A stretch of 64,000 bases of DNA from a virus (Duplodnaviria > Heunggongvirae > Uroviricota > Caudoviricetes). The stretch spans positions 64,001-128,000 of the IMG/VR virus record IMGVR_UViG_3300049044_000033. One strand, written 5' to 3'. The notes under the pieces are model-generated. The model did no database searches. It saw only the letters and a program-made list of their open reading frames with translations, and was not told where the DNA came from. Below are positions 38,574-49,057 of the stretch, piece after piece. Position numbers and translations under genes: made by a program. The number at the start of each line of letters is the position of its first letter. Positions within the stretch are counted from its first letter, which is position 1.

Positions 38574-38963
38574 TTAGACTTCTCGCCAGATAAATTCCCT
38601 GGGGTTCCAGTATGCTGACTCAAACTTGCCCGGATTTGTCACAAGACCATAGAACTCAAGGGCTTTTTCTTCGGCCTTTTCAAAGTCCGGTTCGTTGGTC
38701 CGGAAGTCAGGCAGGTCGTTAACTGTGAATCGATATTCTGGTGGATTGCTAAAGGTGCCATCGTCAGCAGTAACTGAGCCGATCGTGATCCTCTGGCCTT
38801 TCTCGTTCCTTGCATCAAGGAGGAAATCGGTGCTTCCGCTTTCGATTTTATCTGCAACCATGCGGAGCATCTTTGCGATGTAGGCTTTACTCGAAGGTGC
38901 GATGCTGGATGAAATATGCTCATCCAGCAGGGAAAATTCGACCATAACTTTCTCGCGCATCAT
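38574..38963 (-). CDS. hypothetical protein
   Basis: Coupled ORF. Confidence 0.65.
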   Translation of the reverse strand: MMREKVMVEFSLLDEHISSSIAPSSKAYIAKMLRMVADKIESGSTDFLLDARNEKGQRITIGSVTADDGTFSNPPEYRFTVNDLPDFRTNEPDFEKAEEKALEFYGLVTNPGKFESAYWNPREFIWREV

Positions 38964-39403
38964 CCCAACACCACAATCATTCCAAAAACCTTCCGACCCT
39001 CAGGGATCTCAGGAACGACCATTGCGGTCCACCAGTCCTCTGTGTCGCTGAAGCAATACTTCTTCGACGCGTAGGCATTCATATCAACTGCGTCGGGCTT
39101 TTCCAGCTTGTGAGTGATGATCTTCTCCAACAGCCCATCTACGTAGTTGAGCTCGCCATCGGGGATTAGATCCAGCTTCTCCAAATCGAGCAGCGCATGA
39201 TAATCGCGAAGGACGGTATCTTCCTCGTAATCATCTTCGCCCTCGAGGACCCACTTCTCGCTAATATCTAGCACGGGGAAATAGCCAAAGACTTCAAGGA
39301 TCTTCTCCTTGATCGCGAGACCGAGATTCTCTTCAACATCCTCAAACATCGGCTTGCGCCCGATAACTGTAATTCCGTGCTTGCTCACGTAGCTGTTAAA
39401 CAT
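38960..39403 (-). CDS. acidic hypothetical protein
   Basis: Start reassigned after RBS module. Confidence 0.7.
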   Translation of the reverse strand: MFNSYVSKHGITVIGRKPMFEDVEENLGLAIKEKILEVFGYFPVLDISEKWVLEGEDDYEEDTVLRDYHALLDLEKLDLIPDGELNYVDGLLEKIITHKLEKPDAVDMNAYASKKYCFSDTEDWWTAMVVPEIPEGRKVFGMIVVLG

Positions 39404-39462
39404 CTCGATCTCCTCATTTCTTGCTTCCAGTTTAGCAGAAACTGGAGATAAGTCAACCCCTC

Positions 39463-39936
39463 TTAGCGTTCTCCAGTTCTCTCGAATGCGATATGGCCAC
39501 GATACCCAGGCACTGCGGTGTCGGATACAAAAGTCTGACATTCTCCCGGATCTTTGGGCATTTTGTATGAGGGATCGGTAGCTGCTCGCGCTTCGTAATA
39601 GGACCGCCTTGCTTCGTATTTGTCCATTTCTTTACGCTTTAGCATAACAGCTAAATAGAGCAGACGAGCTTCCCGGTTGGTGAGCTTTTTGTCTTCCATG
39701 AAAAGGGCAAAAGGCTTTTTGTAACTGGGGCAATACTTGGACATGAATACCATATCCTCGTAGTCACGAGCATCGGCTTCGAGATTTGCCGGCCCACGAG
39801 TCTTGTAACCTGCTGCTACTTCGTCAGCGGCCTCTTCCCTCTCCTGTTTGCCGAAGCCGTGAGCTCGATGATCATTACTGTCGCCGCAAGCCGCGAGACC
39901 AACGGCCAGAACCAACACCATCATTCCGATCTTCAT
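39463..39936 (-). CDS. lipoprotein
   Basis: Signal peptide II with lipobox LAAC. Confidence 0.75.
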   Translation of the reverse strand: MKIGMMVLVLAVGLAACGDSNDHRAHGFGKQEREEAADEVAAGYKTRGPANLEADARDYEDMVFMSKYCPSYKKPFALFMEDKKLTNREARLLYLAVMLKRKEMDKYEARRSYYEARAATDPSYKMPKDPGECQTFVSDTAVPGYRGHIAFERTGER

Positions 39937-40228
39937 GTCTATCTCCTTTTGTTGTCACCACTTTAGCAGATATGGGAATGGGGTCAACCATTTAGGTGAC
40001 CCCATTTGCCTTTACTTCTTGATAATATCGAATTCGCATTGATCACTATTCGTCTTGAAAATATGAATTTCCAAGCCATGCTTCTTCAACATTTGGTCGA
40101 CGATTTCCAAGACGCTTTCTGGATCTTCCTTCCAATCCACAATGCCTATAGAATCATACCACGCATCTTCAGAAGCTGCATCAACATGTTGTGGAGGCTT
40201 CACTTTGCGCTTCATTTTACTGCCTCCC

Positions 40229-40558
40229 TTAGTGCCGAGTGTTAAGCTGGCCGCGCGACATTGCGCTGTAATACTGGCGGGGCATATCGCGCTCCAGTTC
40301 AGGAACCAGGGCGGCCATGCTGTTCGGACCCATTTCCATGTAGCCCTTCTCCAGCTTGCTGCCGATCAGGTCGTGCGGGATGCCGTTGATTTCGGTCTTG
40401 AACTTCAGTCCACCGTTGCGACGACCCCAAAAGCGAACCATTGTCGTGCCGACCTTGGCCAGACCCCAGACCTTATCATTTTTCGGAGCGCCGCCGTTAC
40501 GACCACGTGCGCCTTCGTTGTAGAAGTGGGCTGCTACGAGAATCTGAACCTGTGCCAT
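40229..40558 (-). CDS. WGR-domain protein
   Basis: DKVW..FWGRR..KLEKGY. Confidence 0.7.
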   Translation of the reverse strand: MAQVQILVAAHFYNEGARGRNGGAPKNDKVWGLAKVGTTMVRFWGRRNGGLKFKTEINGIPHDLIGSKLEKGYMEMGPNSMAALVPELERDMPRQYYSAMSRGQLNTRH

Positions 40559-40660
40559 TTTTCGATCTCCTTGTTTGCTGTCTACTCACCTGTTTTAGCA
40601 TATAGGTGAGCATAGTCAACCAGTTTCTGGATTATTTCTGCTCGCGATCGATCTCGCTGA
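40550..40660. repeat. ~110-bp near-identical duplicate of 10155-10265
   Basis: See 10155-10265. Confidence 0.9.
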
Positions 40661-40829
40661 TCGCTTCGAACGTAACGTCGTAGGTGATGAAGTATTCAGG
40701 GGTTTCAACAGTTACGATATAATCATCGAAGTCCTGACACTTAACGAAATCGAATGCCGCTGCTTCAGGAGTATCAGTGTCAAACTCTAGCTCTTCGAGA
40801 CCTTCACTCCGAACAACAAACTTGGTCAT
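40632..40829 (-). CDS. small acidic protein, paralog of 10237-10455
   Basis: Ends SEIDREQK. Confidence 0.7.
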   Translation of the reverse strand: MTKFVVRSEGLEELEFDTDTPEAAAFDFVKCQDFDDYIVTVETPEYFITYDVTFEAISEIDREQK

Positions 40830-40886
40830 TTCGATCTCCTGTTTTTCTCTTCCGATAAAACAGTGATAACAGAAATAGGTGAGCAA

Positions 40887-41306
40887 TCAACCAGTTTCTG
40901 ACAACAAGGTTAGAATTTCATCCCAATCTGTCTCGGGATCAAAACCCGCTTTGTCATCGAGGAGGATGCTGAAGTAGAACTTCTTCTCAAAATTACCCGA
41001 GGGAGTATTCTCAATCTCAGGATTCTCGTTGAAATAGTCAACAGCGATTCCGTGCTGCTCGAGGAACCCAATGATCGCTGAGTATTCCTCAGGATGACAC
41101 GACGACCATAAGATGAGTCGATTGTCCGGCACTTTGGAGATAAGTTTCAAAGCTTCGATGGCGCTCGGGGTGGTGAATGTGTAGCCACCTTGTTCGTAGT
41201 TGGAGCAGAAGACCACCCCGTGTAGATCAACCGCCCAATAGATCAAGGGCTCGTTTCGTTCAACTGAAATGCGCAAAGCGCGCTTAATGGCTTTGATAAT
41301 GCTCAT
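40887..41306 (-). CDS. HAD-like phosphatase family protein
   Basis: AVDLHGV (motif I variant), LILWSS, K..LLDDKAG. Confidence 0.7.
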   Translation of the reverse strand: MSIIKAIKRALRISVERNEPLIYWAVDLHGVVFCSNYEQGGYTFTTPSAIEALKLISKVPDNRLILWSSCHPEEYSAIIGFLEQHGIAVDYFNENPEIENTPSGNFEKKFYFSILLDDKAGFDPETDWDEILTLLSETG

Positions 41307-41785
41307 TTCATTCTCTTTATCGTTTAGAAAGGCTAGCAGCTTTGGCGTCACGCAGACCATCAACGATCTCGGTCAGGTCAATACATTTGCGACGGCGGCT
41401 TGCCCTCATAGTTGCCATATCGTCCTCGTTCAAGAGAACGACCGTTGAGTCATGGATCCGGTTGAGGAAGTCTGTGAGTTCTCCAACAGTGATATGGACG
41501 GCCATTATCGACTGAATCCTTCCTTGATGGAATGGATGGAGATGCCCCGACAGAGACGACGGATTTCCGTTGGAGTGGTCTTCCGAACCTGGATGGTCCG
41601 ATGAAGCGCATAAACGACCTCTAGTCCAGCATCCTCGAGGGCGCCGACCACCGCCGCACGATCACCTGCGTTAAAGTGCTTGATTGTGATTTCCAGGCTG
41701 CGCTTCATTCCCATCGTTGATCTCCTCTTGCTGACCTCTTGATAGCAGGATAGGTGATAATGTCAACCACATTATCACCTATTTG

Positions 41786-42130
41786 TCAGTCGAGGCGGCT
41801 TTGCGCAAAGGCCTGAATATCGTAGCGGCGCAAGATGGTAGCAGCTACTTCAGCGCCGGCGAGGTGGACGTTCACGTTCTGTGCGTTGATTCGGCCGGGC
41901 ATGTAGAGTTCGTAAGCCTTGCCATCCCAGGTCTTCTCAAAACCTAGAGCCTGGAGAGTTGCCCGTTCAGTGCGGCCCAGCTTAGTGTTGCCCTTGTGGG
42001 TGGGAATAACCTTCACCCATGCAAAGCCACACATTGGGCGATCCTTGCCTTCCAATACCTCATTCAGGTATTTGGTCGCAGCTTCTTTGGCTTCGAACTG
42101 AATCAGGTTCTTGAGGTCTCCGAGTTCCAT
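41786..42130 (-). CDS. conserved phage hypothetical protein
   Basis: CGFAWV...SRLD motif. Confidence 0.75.
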   Translation of the reverse strand: MELGDLKNLIQFEAKEAATKYLNEVLEGKDRPMCGFAWVKVIPTHKGNTKLGRTERATLQALGFEKTWDGKAYELYMPGRINAQNVNVHLAGAEVAATILRRYDIQAFAQSRLD

Positions 42131-42449
42131 GCCGATCTCCTTTGTTTCCTATGCTGTCATGATAACAGAATAGGTGAAAGTGTCAACCAGTTTTCTTCGG
42201 GGATTCCTGGAGGGAGGCTAGAAAGGCCCACATGCCGATGGCCATGAAGATCGCAATCGCGTAGGTCGGACGGTTCAAACCGTAGGCCGGAGGTAGCGGA
42301 GGAAACAAAATGAGCATAGCGGCCAATCCCAATGAGGTCCACTGGAACAACCAAATGAGGTTCTGGATAGCTTTACGCATGTTTCGATCTCCTTCCTAGT
42401 CACGATAACAGAACTGGAAGGATTGTCAAGCCTATTCTTCCAGTCATGA

Positions 42450-42477
42450 TTATGGGGAGGATTGCTCCTCCCCATAA
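42450..42477 (-). terminator. GC-rich hairpin/terminator
   Basis: ttatggggagg..cctccccataa. Confidence 0.6.
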
Positions 42478-42480
42478 GAC

Positions 42481-42834
42481 CTACGAGCACCAGTAAGATT
42501 CACTTGCCACCGAGCAAGCATAAGATGTATTTTTGTCTTCCTGGACCCAGACCTGGGTCATCATGTTCCGCACCCACTTGTTGCCGTTTTCCAGCGCGGG
42601 CAGATCTTCCTGCTTGGTTTCCTTGGGCATCGTCGAAGGCGGGATGGGGCGTTCGATATCAATGCAGGAAACCGTGTAACCCTTGCCCTCAGCATACCGC
42701 TCCCAGCGGTGGAAGGTCGCAACGTCTGTGAATTGCTTTTCGCGTTCGATCAACCGGCTCGGAGTCATGTAATGGGCGGTGATGCGCTCGACCGTTGCGG
42801 GATTTTCGATCTCGGTCTTTACAAACTTGGTCAT
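42481..42834 (-). CDS. conserved phage hypothetical protein
   Basis: C-terminal CSVASESYWCS. Confidence 0.7.
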   Translation of the reverse strand: MTKFVKTEIENPATVERITAHYMTPSRLIEREKQFTDVATFHRWERYAEGKGYTVSCIDIERPIPPSTMPKETKQEDLPALENGNKWVRNMMTQVWVQEDKNTSYACSVASESYWCS

Positions 42835-42920
42835 TTGCTATCTCCTGTTTTCGCTTCCGATAAACCCAAGATAGCAGAAAGAGGTGAAACGTCAACCGAA
42901 GATTCACCTCTTTTTAAATT

Positions 42921-43154
42921 TTAGAAATCCATCATAAAAGCGCCGTCTTCGTCGACAAGGTGCCAGCAAACCTTCCCATCGAGCGTCTCCCGGCCTACAG
43001 CCCACACGGGATAGGTCGTCCCATCCTCCCGTTCGAAGGTGTATTTCTCGCCCATCTTAAAGTCCTGGCCTGCGACGTGACAAGACCAAGCAAAGCCCAA
43101 ATAGTCCGAGCCGGCGCGCACGAAGTCCAGTTCTTTGATCTTAAAAGTGGTCAT
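42921..43154 (-). CDS. hypothetical protein
   Basis: RBS module. Confidence 0.65.
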   Translation of the reverse strand: MTTFKIKELDFVRAGSDYLGFAWSCHVAGQDFKMGEKYTFEREDGTTYPVWAVGRETLDGKVCWHLVDEDGAFMMDF

Positions 43155-43491
43155 CGTCGATCTCCTGTTTGCTTTGTTGTCCTCATAATAGCAAACTGGA
43201 TAAACGTGTCAACCACTTTAAGCGGTACCGGCGACCTCCCACTCAGGTTTGAGAACCAATGTTGGAATACCTTGTGGTTGCCCGTCGAGCATCGCACAGT
43301 AGCCATGGCTCTTTGGGGAGTCCATAGTGTGCCAGCCGCGATCACAAGCCGTGCAGGTCGATTGCATCTTTTCCCGGCTAGACCAAATATCAGCACCGAT
43401 ACAGCCACAGGGAAGCTGCCAAGTTGTGCTGATCCGTTCCCATTCGGAACGAGTTTCGGTAACCTCAGTCACCACTATAGTCATCCGATCT

Positions 43492-43872
43492 TTAACCACA
43501 ATCATCTTCCTTTACTCCTTTGATCCTCAGATACTCAGCAAAGGGATCTTCAAAGAGAGCAGCGGGACAGATATCATCCTCGCCGTATTTGCAGGAAAAC
43601 CGATGAAGGCCATATTCGGGGGTTCCGTAGTCGTCATCGACTAAGCCGTAACAATGGCTCATATGAACCAAGTAGTGATGGCCGTCCGGCTTGATGCGAT
43701 CCCCTGCGGTCTTCTGTGCTTCAACGACGCGGAGTTTGTTTGTTATATCCGCCCTGACTACTGACAAGTTGTTGATAAGGGCTTTGAGGGCTTCTCGCTG
43801 TCCTTCCAAGCCGTTCTCCTCAATTACGCCGGTAGCTTTGAGGAAGAGGTGATAGCGCTCTTGGTCGTTCAA
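43492..43872 (-). CDS. hypothetical protein with His/Cys cluster
   Basis: HMSHC..CKYGEDDICP. Confidence 0.65.
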   Translation of the reverse strand: MNDQERYHLFLKATGVIEENGLEGQREALKALINNLSVVRADITNKLRVVEAQKTAGDRIKPDGHHYLVHMSHCYGLVDDDYGTPEYGLHRFSCKYGEDDICPAALFEDPFAEYLRIKGVKEDDCG

Positions 43873-44429
43873 CGCAGGCGCTCCTCACAATAAGCCTTGT
43901 AGCGACGTTCGAACTCATCCATATCATCGCGGTGGATGCGGACGCTGTGGTAGTCGCTTGCGTCTAGATCTCGGGTCTGACCATTATAACCCTTGCCGTT
44001 GTTGAAGCGCAGGCCCTCGCCTAGGTTGGGATATCCTTCTAAGCGCCCGTCGATATAGCGCGAACCGTATTGACATTGCTGTCCGAGTCGCGACCGGCAG
44101 AAGTCGCCGAAGGAACTGTAGCCGCCGTCGTTGAACTCGGGATGGATAATATTGCAGAGCACTGCGCCGCCATCTTCGCTCTCGTCGGTTTCTTCCACCA
44201 CCATATTGGGGCCATCCATAACTGGCTCCACAATACCGGCGTCGTGGAACATGATCAGGAATTCACGAAGCAACCAGCACTGATTGGGTTGTTCAACGCG
44301 GAGTCCACGGGCACAACAATATGCCAGGATTACACCGTTCATTCGGCTTTCGAGGGTAAACATCGATCCCAATTCATTGAATCCGACCGCAACCTGCTGA
44401 CCTTCATCGAGCGTATAGGCAATCTGCAT
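43869..44429 (-). CDS. conserved phage hypothetical protein
   Basis: CQYGSRY..LGEGLRF..DYHSVRIH. Confidence 0.7.
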   Translation of the reverse strand: MQIAYTLDEGQQVAVGFNELGSMFTLESRMNGVILAYCCARGLRVEQPNQCWLLREFLIMFHDAGIVEPVMDGPNMVVEETDESEDGGAVLCNIIHPEFNDGGYSSFGDFCRSRLGQQCQYGSRYIDGRLEGYPNLGEGLRFNNGKGYNGQTRDLDASDYHSVRIHRDDMDEFERRYKAYCEERLR

Positions 44430-45693
44430 TTTCGATCTCCTGTTGTTTCTTGCTGTCACGATAGCAAGATAGGTGAACTTGTCAACCTATTTGTCGCGGA
44501 GGAGATTCTCATAGAATGCCGCAGTCTTGGGCATCCCACGTTCTCTTGCGCTTTCGGCGTTCTGTCTCCAGAGGCGCCGCCGTTTGGCTTTGTGGGAGAT
44601 TTCAGAGAGCCAGCACATTAAAGGGCATCCTTGCGTTCGTAGAGCCAGCCCATGATGAGCTCAATGTCAGTGGACCGAAAGCCTTCCATTTCCAGGCAGT
44701 TCTTCAAGTAGGCGAGGAAACGGACTTCGTCATCAAACATCTGCGGCATCGTCTCGAGAGTATGCAGGATGCCGTTTGCCTTCCAGGTCTTGAGGTAGCC
44801 TTGACCAAACGAATTTGCGTAGGTCTTGAAATCGACGATCAACTGTTCCATATTGCTCACCTTTGATCTCCTGTTGTTTCTTATCACCACATTAGCAGGA
44901 AAGGTGAACTTGTCAACCGCTTTTAGGAGTCAGCCCCTGCTGCGTCGAAACCTTGGCGAAATGGGCCAAAACGGCCCAACCATTCGTCCTTCATAGGGAC
45001 TCCATTCATATGGTATTCGCGACCGGAATCGTAACCCTCTTGGTATTCGTCTTGCTCGCGTTCCCAGTTGCGGATATCATCCTCGAGTGCGTTAATGTCG
45101 CTCTCATAGTTGTTGACATCCTCCTCCGAGAGTTCTCCCATCATTATGGCGAACTGCTTCTCCTGAATCTCTTCGCGAGCCTGCTCGATCTCTTGATATC
45201 GGATCATATCAGCCTCCCTGACTCATCATCCGAACATACTCAGGATCGAACTGCTCAACGGGTTCAGTCCGGATGGAACGAACGCTAAACACTTCAGCAT
45301 AGGGGCCAGCAACTTTGCGAACTTCAGCTGCTGGATTTGCGTCGTCCTCGATAGTGATCCTCTTGGATCCTTCGGCGTCTGCGTAACCCTTTGGCCAGTA
45401 TTCGACAATCTTGCTCATGCTGTCCTCCTGCTGTTGTGCTCACCAGTTTATAGCAAACTGGTTAGAAGTCAAGCCAGTTTCTTGTTCTCCACTCGAATAA
45501 AAACATCACGGGCTCTCTGGGCCTGTCGACGATTGGCCTGATATACTGCTTCGTCAGCGTTAGGTTTCACAGCAAAGCCTTTGAGTTCGGTTTCGCTCTG
45601 TGCCCAGTAGGCACCACGTTCGTAACCTGCTCTCTTCCACATAGTCGATCTCCCGTTGTTGTGCTCACCAGTATAAAGGAATAGGTGAACTTG

Positions 45694-46107
45694 TCAACCA
45701 CCTCTTTCCTGGCTATCTTGGTATTTCATCCAAGTCTTCATATTGTGAGAATTCATGCTCTTAACACGATGTGCAGGAACGTTAATGAGCTTCACACGAT
45801 CTATGGATTTCAACACGATATACTTTTCACCATCCCACCTTGCGAGTGTCCAACAACGATTATTCTTAACCGGAACATCAGTTGGGCAGTGAACTTTACC
45901 GTGGCTCGTGAAGTTCCAGTGGTCACTAACCCTCAAGCTGCCTAGTGGGGTATTGTGCCAGTCCTTCTCACCAGCATTCACGTTATAGTAGGAGTGGCTA
46001 TAGGGAGACTTACATTTGGCCTCCCATGACATGATCTCTAGGATGAGCTCTTCCGGCATGTGCCAGGGAATGTTATTTTCGTGGACAACTTGCTGGGGAT
46101 TGCTCAT
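45694..46107 (-). CDS. conserved phage hypothetical protein
   Basis: KSPYSHSYY..LRVSDHWNF. Confidence 0.7.
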   Translation of the reverse strand: MSNPQQVVHENNIPWHMPEELILEIMSWEAKCKSPYSHSYYNVNAGEKDWHNTPLGSLRVSDHWNFTSHGKVHCPTDVPVKNNRCWTLARWDGEKYIVLKSIDRVKLINVPAHRVKSMNSHNMKTWMKYQDSQERGG

Positions 46108-46163
46108 TGGTATCTCCTGTTCTTACCACCTTAATAGCAAGATAGGTGAGCACGTCAACCACT

Positions 46164-47378
46164 TTAGAAGGAAAATGCGCAACCCAGCTGCTCGAGGATT
46201 TCCTCAGCCTCATCAAAGTCCATGTCGAACTCATCGATCAGAAAAAACAAAGAGGGTTCCTGATGGGTTTGACGAAGACGCAGCTTAACCTCATCCAGCT
46301 TAGAGGGCTTCTCAATTGGCTTGGGAGGGGCAATCGGGGTCCGACCCTTCCGGGCTTCAACAATACCCTGAACCAGTTCATCGCTCACGAACGCACCATG
46401 GACGCGCTTCAAGCTGTTGCCCTCCATGAGCAACATGTCGCCCTTGCCTAAGAGGTTCTCTGCGCCTTCCTCTCCCAAGATTGTCCGGCTATCAAAGCCG
46501 CTTGCTACCTTGAAGCTAATCCGAGTGGGGAGGTTGGCTTTGAGGACGCCGGTCACAACGTCCACAGAAGGCCGCTGTGTAGCCATAATGAGGTGGATAC
46601 CCGCTGCCCTTGCCTTCTGCGCAATACGCTGGACGAGCCCTTCTAGGGCTTTGCCGGCCATCTGTATTAGGTCCGCAAACTCGTCAATGACCACAACGAT
46701 GTAGGGCAGCTTGTCGGTATGGTTTTCATTGTAGTTCGCTATGTTGCGAACCTTTGCGCTTGCGAGCAGTCGATAACGATCTTCCATCTCCTGCACGATC
46801 TCGCCCAGTGCCTCTATGGCAACTTTGGGATCGGTGATCGTCGGGCGGAGCAAATGTGGAATACCATCATAAACTGACAGTTCCAACATCTTTGGATCGA
46901 TAAAGAGGAATCGACATTGCTCAGCGGAGAACCTGTAGAGCAGGCTGAGAATCATGCTGTTAACCCCGACACTCTTGCCGCTGCCGGTTGTACCTGCGAC
47001 CAACAAGTGGGGCATCGTTGCTAGATCGCTCACGATAGCTTCTCCCGTGATCGCTCGACCAAGGATGATCGGGAGAGCAGCACTGGAACGCATAAACTCA
47101 GGAGACGCTAAGAGGTCTTCGTAGGGGATAGACTGGCGCTGCTCATTGGGCACCTCAACCGAGAGGCTGTTCCTCCCAGGAGTGGTAATAATCCGAATGC
47201 CCTGAACTCCGATACAGCGCGCCACATCGTTGGTCAGCGCCACGATCTTGTTAGCCCGAACACCGCGCTCAAGTTGGATTTCGTAAGTTGAGACGAGGGG
47301 ACCGCTCTTCACTGATATGACTTCAACGTTGAAGCCAAAGTCCTTGAATGCTTGCTCCAATGTGTTGGTGCGGCTCAT
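46164..47378 (-). CDS. ftsK: FtsK-family DNA translocase, motor domain only
   Basis: HLLVAGTTGSGKS (Walker A), IDPKMLELS, VVVIDEFADL (Walker B), ATQRPS, GAENLLGKGDML; no TM domain. Confidence 0.9.
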   Translation of the reverse strand: MSRTNTLEQAFKDFGFNVEVISVKSGPLVSTYEIQLERGVRANKIVALTNDVARCIGVQGIRIITTPGRNSLSVEVPNEQRQSIPYEDLLASPEFMRSSAALPIILGRAITGEAIVSDLATMPHLLVAGTTGSGKSVGVNSMILSLLYRFSAEQCRFLFIDPKMLELSVYDGIPHLLRPTITDPKVAIEALGEIVQEMEDRYRLLASAKVRNIANYNENHTDKLPYIVVVIDEFADLIQMAGKALEGLVQRIAQKARAAGIHLIMATQRPSVDVVTGVLKANLPTRISFKVASGFDSRTILGEEGAENLLGKGDMLLMEGNSLKRVHGAFVSDELVQGIVEARKGRTPIAPPKPIEKPSKLDEVKLRLRQTHQEPSLFFLIDEFDMDFDEAEEILEQLGCAFSF

Positions 47379-47733
47379 CTCGATCTCCTCTGTCTTGCTT
47401 CTTTTCTAGCACAAAACAGGTGAGCGTCAACCAATTTTTCAGTAGCTTATGTCAACGATATACTGACATTCGTTGTTGCTGCCGACCTTGATCGTGCTAT
47501 TCGCAGTTGCGAATATATTAGTATCCCATTTCTCGATCTTGGCCAGCTTTCGAACGTGGAATAGATCTTCACGAGGATGGCCGAGCAGTTGGCGAATTGC
47601 TTCGATTAGCATATCAGCCTGGGCATGACGATCACACATAATGAGGATCGGAAACTTCATTTCCTTAATATTCATAAGTCGATCTCCTATTCAGTTGTCC
47701 TCATTTTAACACAGAATAGGAGAGTGTCAACCG

Positions 47734-48099
47734 TTATTCCTCAGCAGCATCTCCGAAGAATTGAACCTCGATATCATCAACGTCGTGGAGTAACCAGGCA
47801 CGAATCTTCTTCATCGTAGTGTGCCATTCGTCGACAGGCTGAACGATTTCGTCAGGGGTATCGGGTATCCAATTACTCTCAAAGGTAACTTGGCCCTCCG
47901 AAATATCAGTGACCTTGAAAGTATGCCATCCCTTACTGGTTGATTCAAGAGGAGACATTCGAGCGAACGCCCATACCTGGCCTACTTCGGGATTCTTATA
48001 CGTAGACGTTTTCCAGCGATAGAATGAATACGGAACCCTCCAAAACTTCCATACGGCACCCACACCTGTGAGGATGGCTCCGGTGGTCAGAAGAGGCAT
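47734..48099 (-). CDS. hypothetical protein
   Basis: PEVGQVW; coupled ORF. Confidence 0.65.
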   Translation of the reverse strand: MPLLTTGAILTGVGAVWKFWRVPYSFYRWKTSTYKNPEVGQVWAFARMSPLESTSKGWHTFKVTDISEGQVTFESNWIPDTPDEIVQPVDEWHTTMKKIRAWLLHDVDDIEVQFFGDAAEE

Positions 48100-48293
48100 C
48101 AGTCAAACACATCAAGGAGGTCAAGTTCGCCACCGGTCCACACCAATAGGCCGATGATCACACCGATGATGGTAGGAAGCCAAGCGAAGAAACCTGCTGT
48201 TGCTAGGGTGATGTTGGGGTTAATTCCCACAATCGCCGCAGTGATCAGGAAGCCCACAGCCATACAAAACAAGCCGCCTAGAAATTGTCCCAT
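48099..48293 (-). CDS. small membrane protein
   Basis: Two TM helices. Confidence 0.7.
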   Translation of the reverse strand: MGQFLGGLFCMAVGFLITAAIVGINPNITLATAGFFAWLPTIIGVIIGLLVWTGGELDLLDVFD

Positions 48294-48295
48294 TT

Positions 48296-49057
48296 TTATG
48301 CCTTCTCAAACATGATGTCAGTGCGGATGATGATCTTCTCAGGATCACCTTCATTGAGTGGTTCGCTATCGTGGAGCATACGATGACCGAACATCAAAGC
48401 CTTGCCAGGATGCGGCGCCACCCGCAGCAAGACTTCGTCGTCATTTCCTGCCCGATCCCAATCAGCGAAATCATATTCACTCATCGGTTTGCCCAATTGT
48501 TTATCAACTAGGAAGCGGGTAGCACCACGTTGATTGTGAGTCAAGTAGATCACCAGAGACATCAAGGTTCGACGAGTATCACTTTCCTTGAAGGTCTCAT
48601 CATAGTGGCCGACCAACTTGCCACCGTCAGCATACCTGATGTAACGGAAGAGGGGACTGACGCCCACAGGCTTCCAACGAGCATGTCCGTCATGATCTGT
48701 TGGGCTACGTGCGTCGCAGATCGCATAGTCGGGGAAGAACTCTCTAAGGCGCACCCAGAGACGATCCGCAAAGCCGGGATTCCAGTTAGAGAGTCGATAG
48801 TTGCCGATCTCATCGTAGGTATGATCAGCACGACCGTCCAAGCCAACAGCTTGCCACTTGTGTTTATCGAGTTGCTTCCGCAGCATGACAGCAATCCGAG
48901 GCGTCAGCAGACCATTCACAACATCGATCCCAGTGTCAGTCTGACCGATCTCGAGGATTTGTCTGTTGGGAAGACGACCTTCCCAACCACCCTCGAGTGC
49001 CGTCTGAACCTCAGGATCAATTTCGAAGTGGTTGACGAAGTTGCTCTTGTCGACCAT
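48296..49057 (-). CDS. 2OG-Fe(II) oxygenase (prolyl-4-hydroxylase-like)
   Basis: FRYIRY..GHYD, SLVIYL, GATRF, GKALMF.H..LHD, KIIIRTD. Confidence 0.85.
   Translation of the reverse strand: MVDKSNFVNHFEIDPEVQTALEGGWEGRLPNRQILEIGQTDTGIDVVNGLLTPRIAVMLRKQLDKHKWQAVGLDGRADHTYDEIGNYRLSNWNPGFADRLWVRLREFFPDYAICDARSPTDHDGHARWKPVGVSPLFRYIRYADGGKLVGHYDETFKESDTRRTLMSLVIYLTHNQRGATRFLVDKQLGKPMSEYDFADWDRAGNDDEVLLRVAPHPGKALMFGHRMLHDSEPLNEGDPEKIIIRTDIMFEKA

Noticed and set aside
2802-44890. Apparent shared N-terminal peptide (MT...NRRS.M / ..QEI.M) on many ORF-track proteins
   Set aside because: Artefact: the ORF caller starts at the TTG of the -35 TTGAC (or another codon in the module) and reads through the promoter and AGGAGATCG RBS; true starts lie after the RBS
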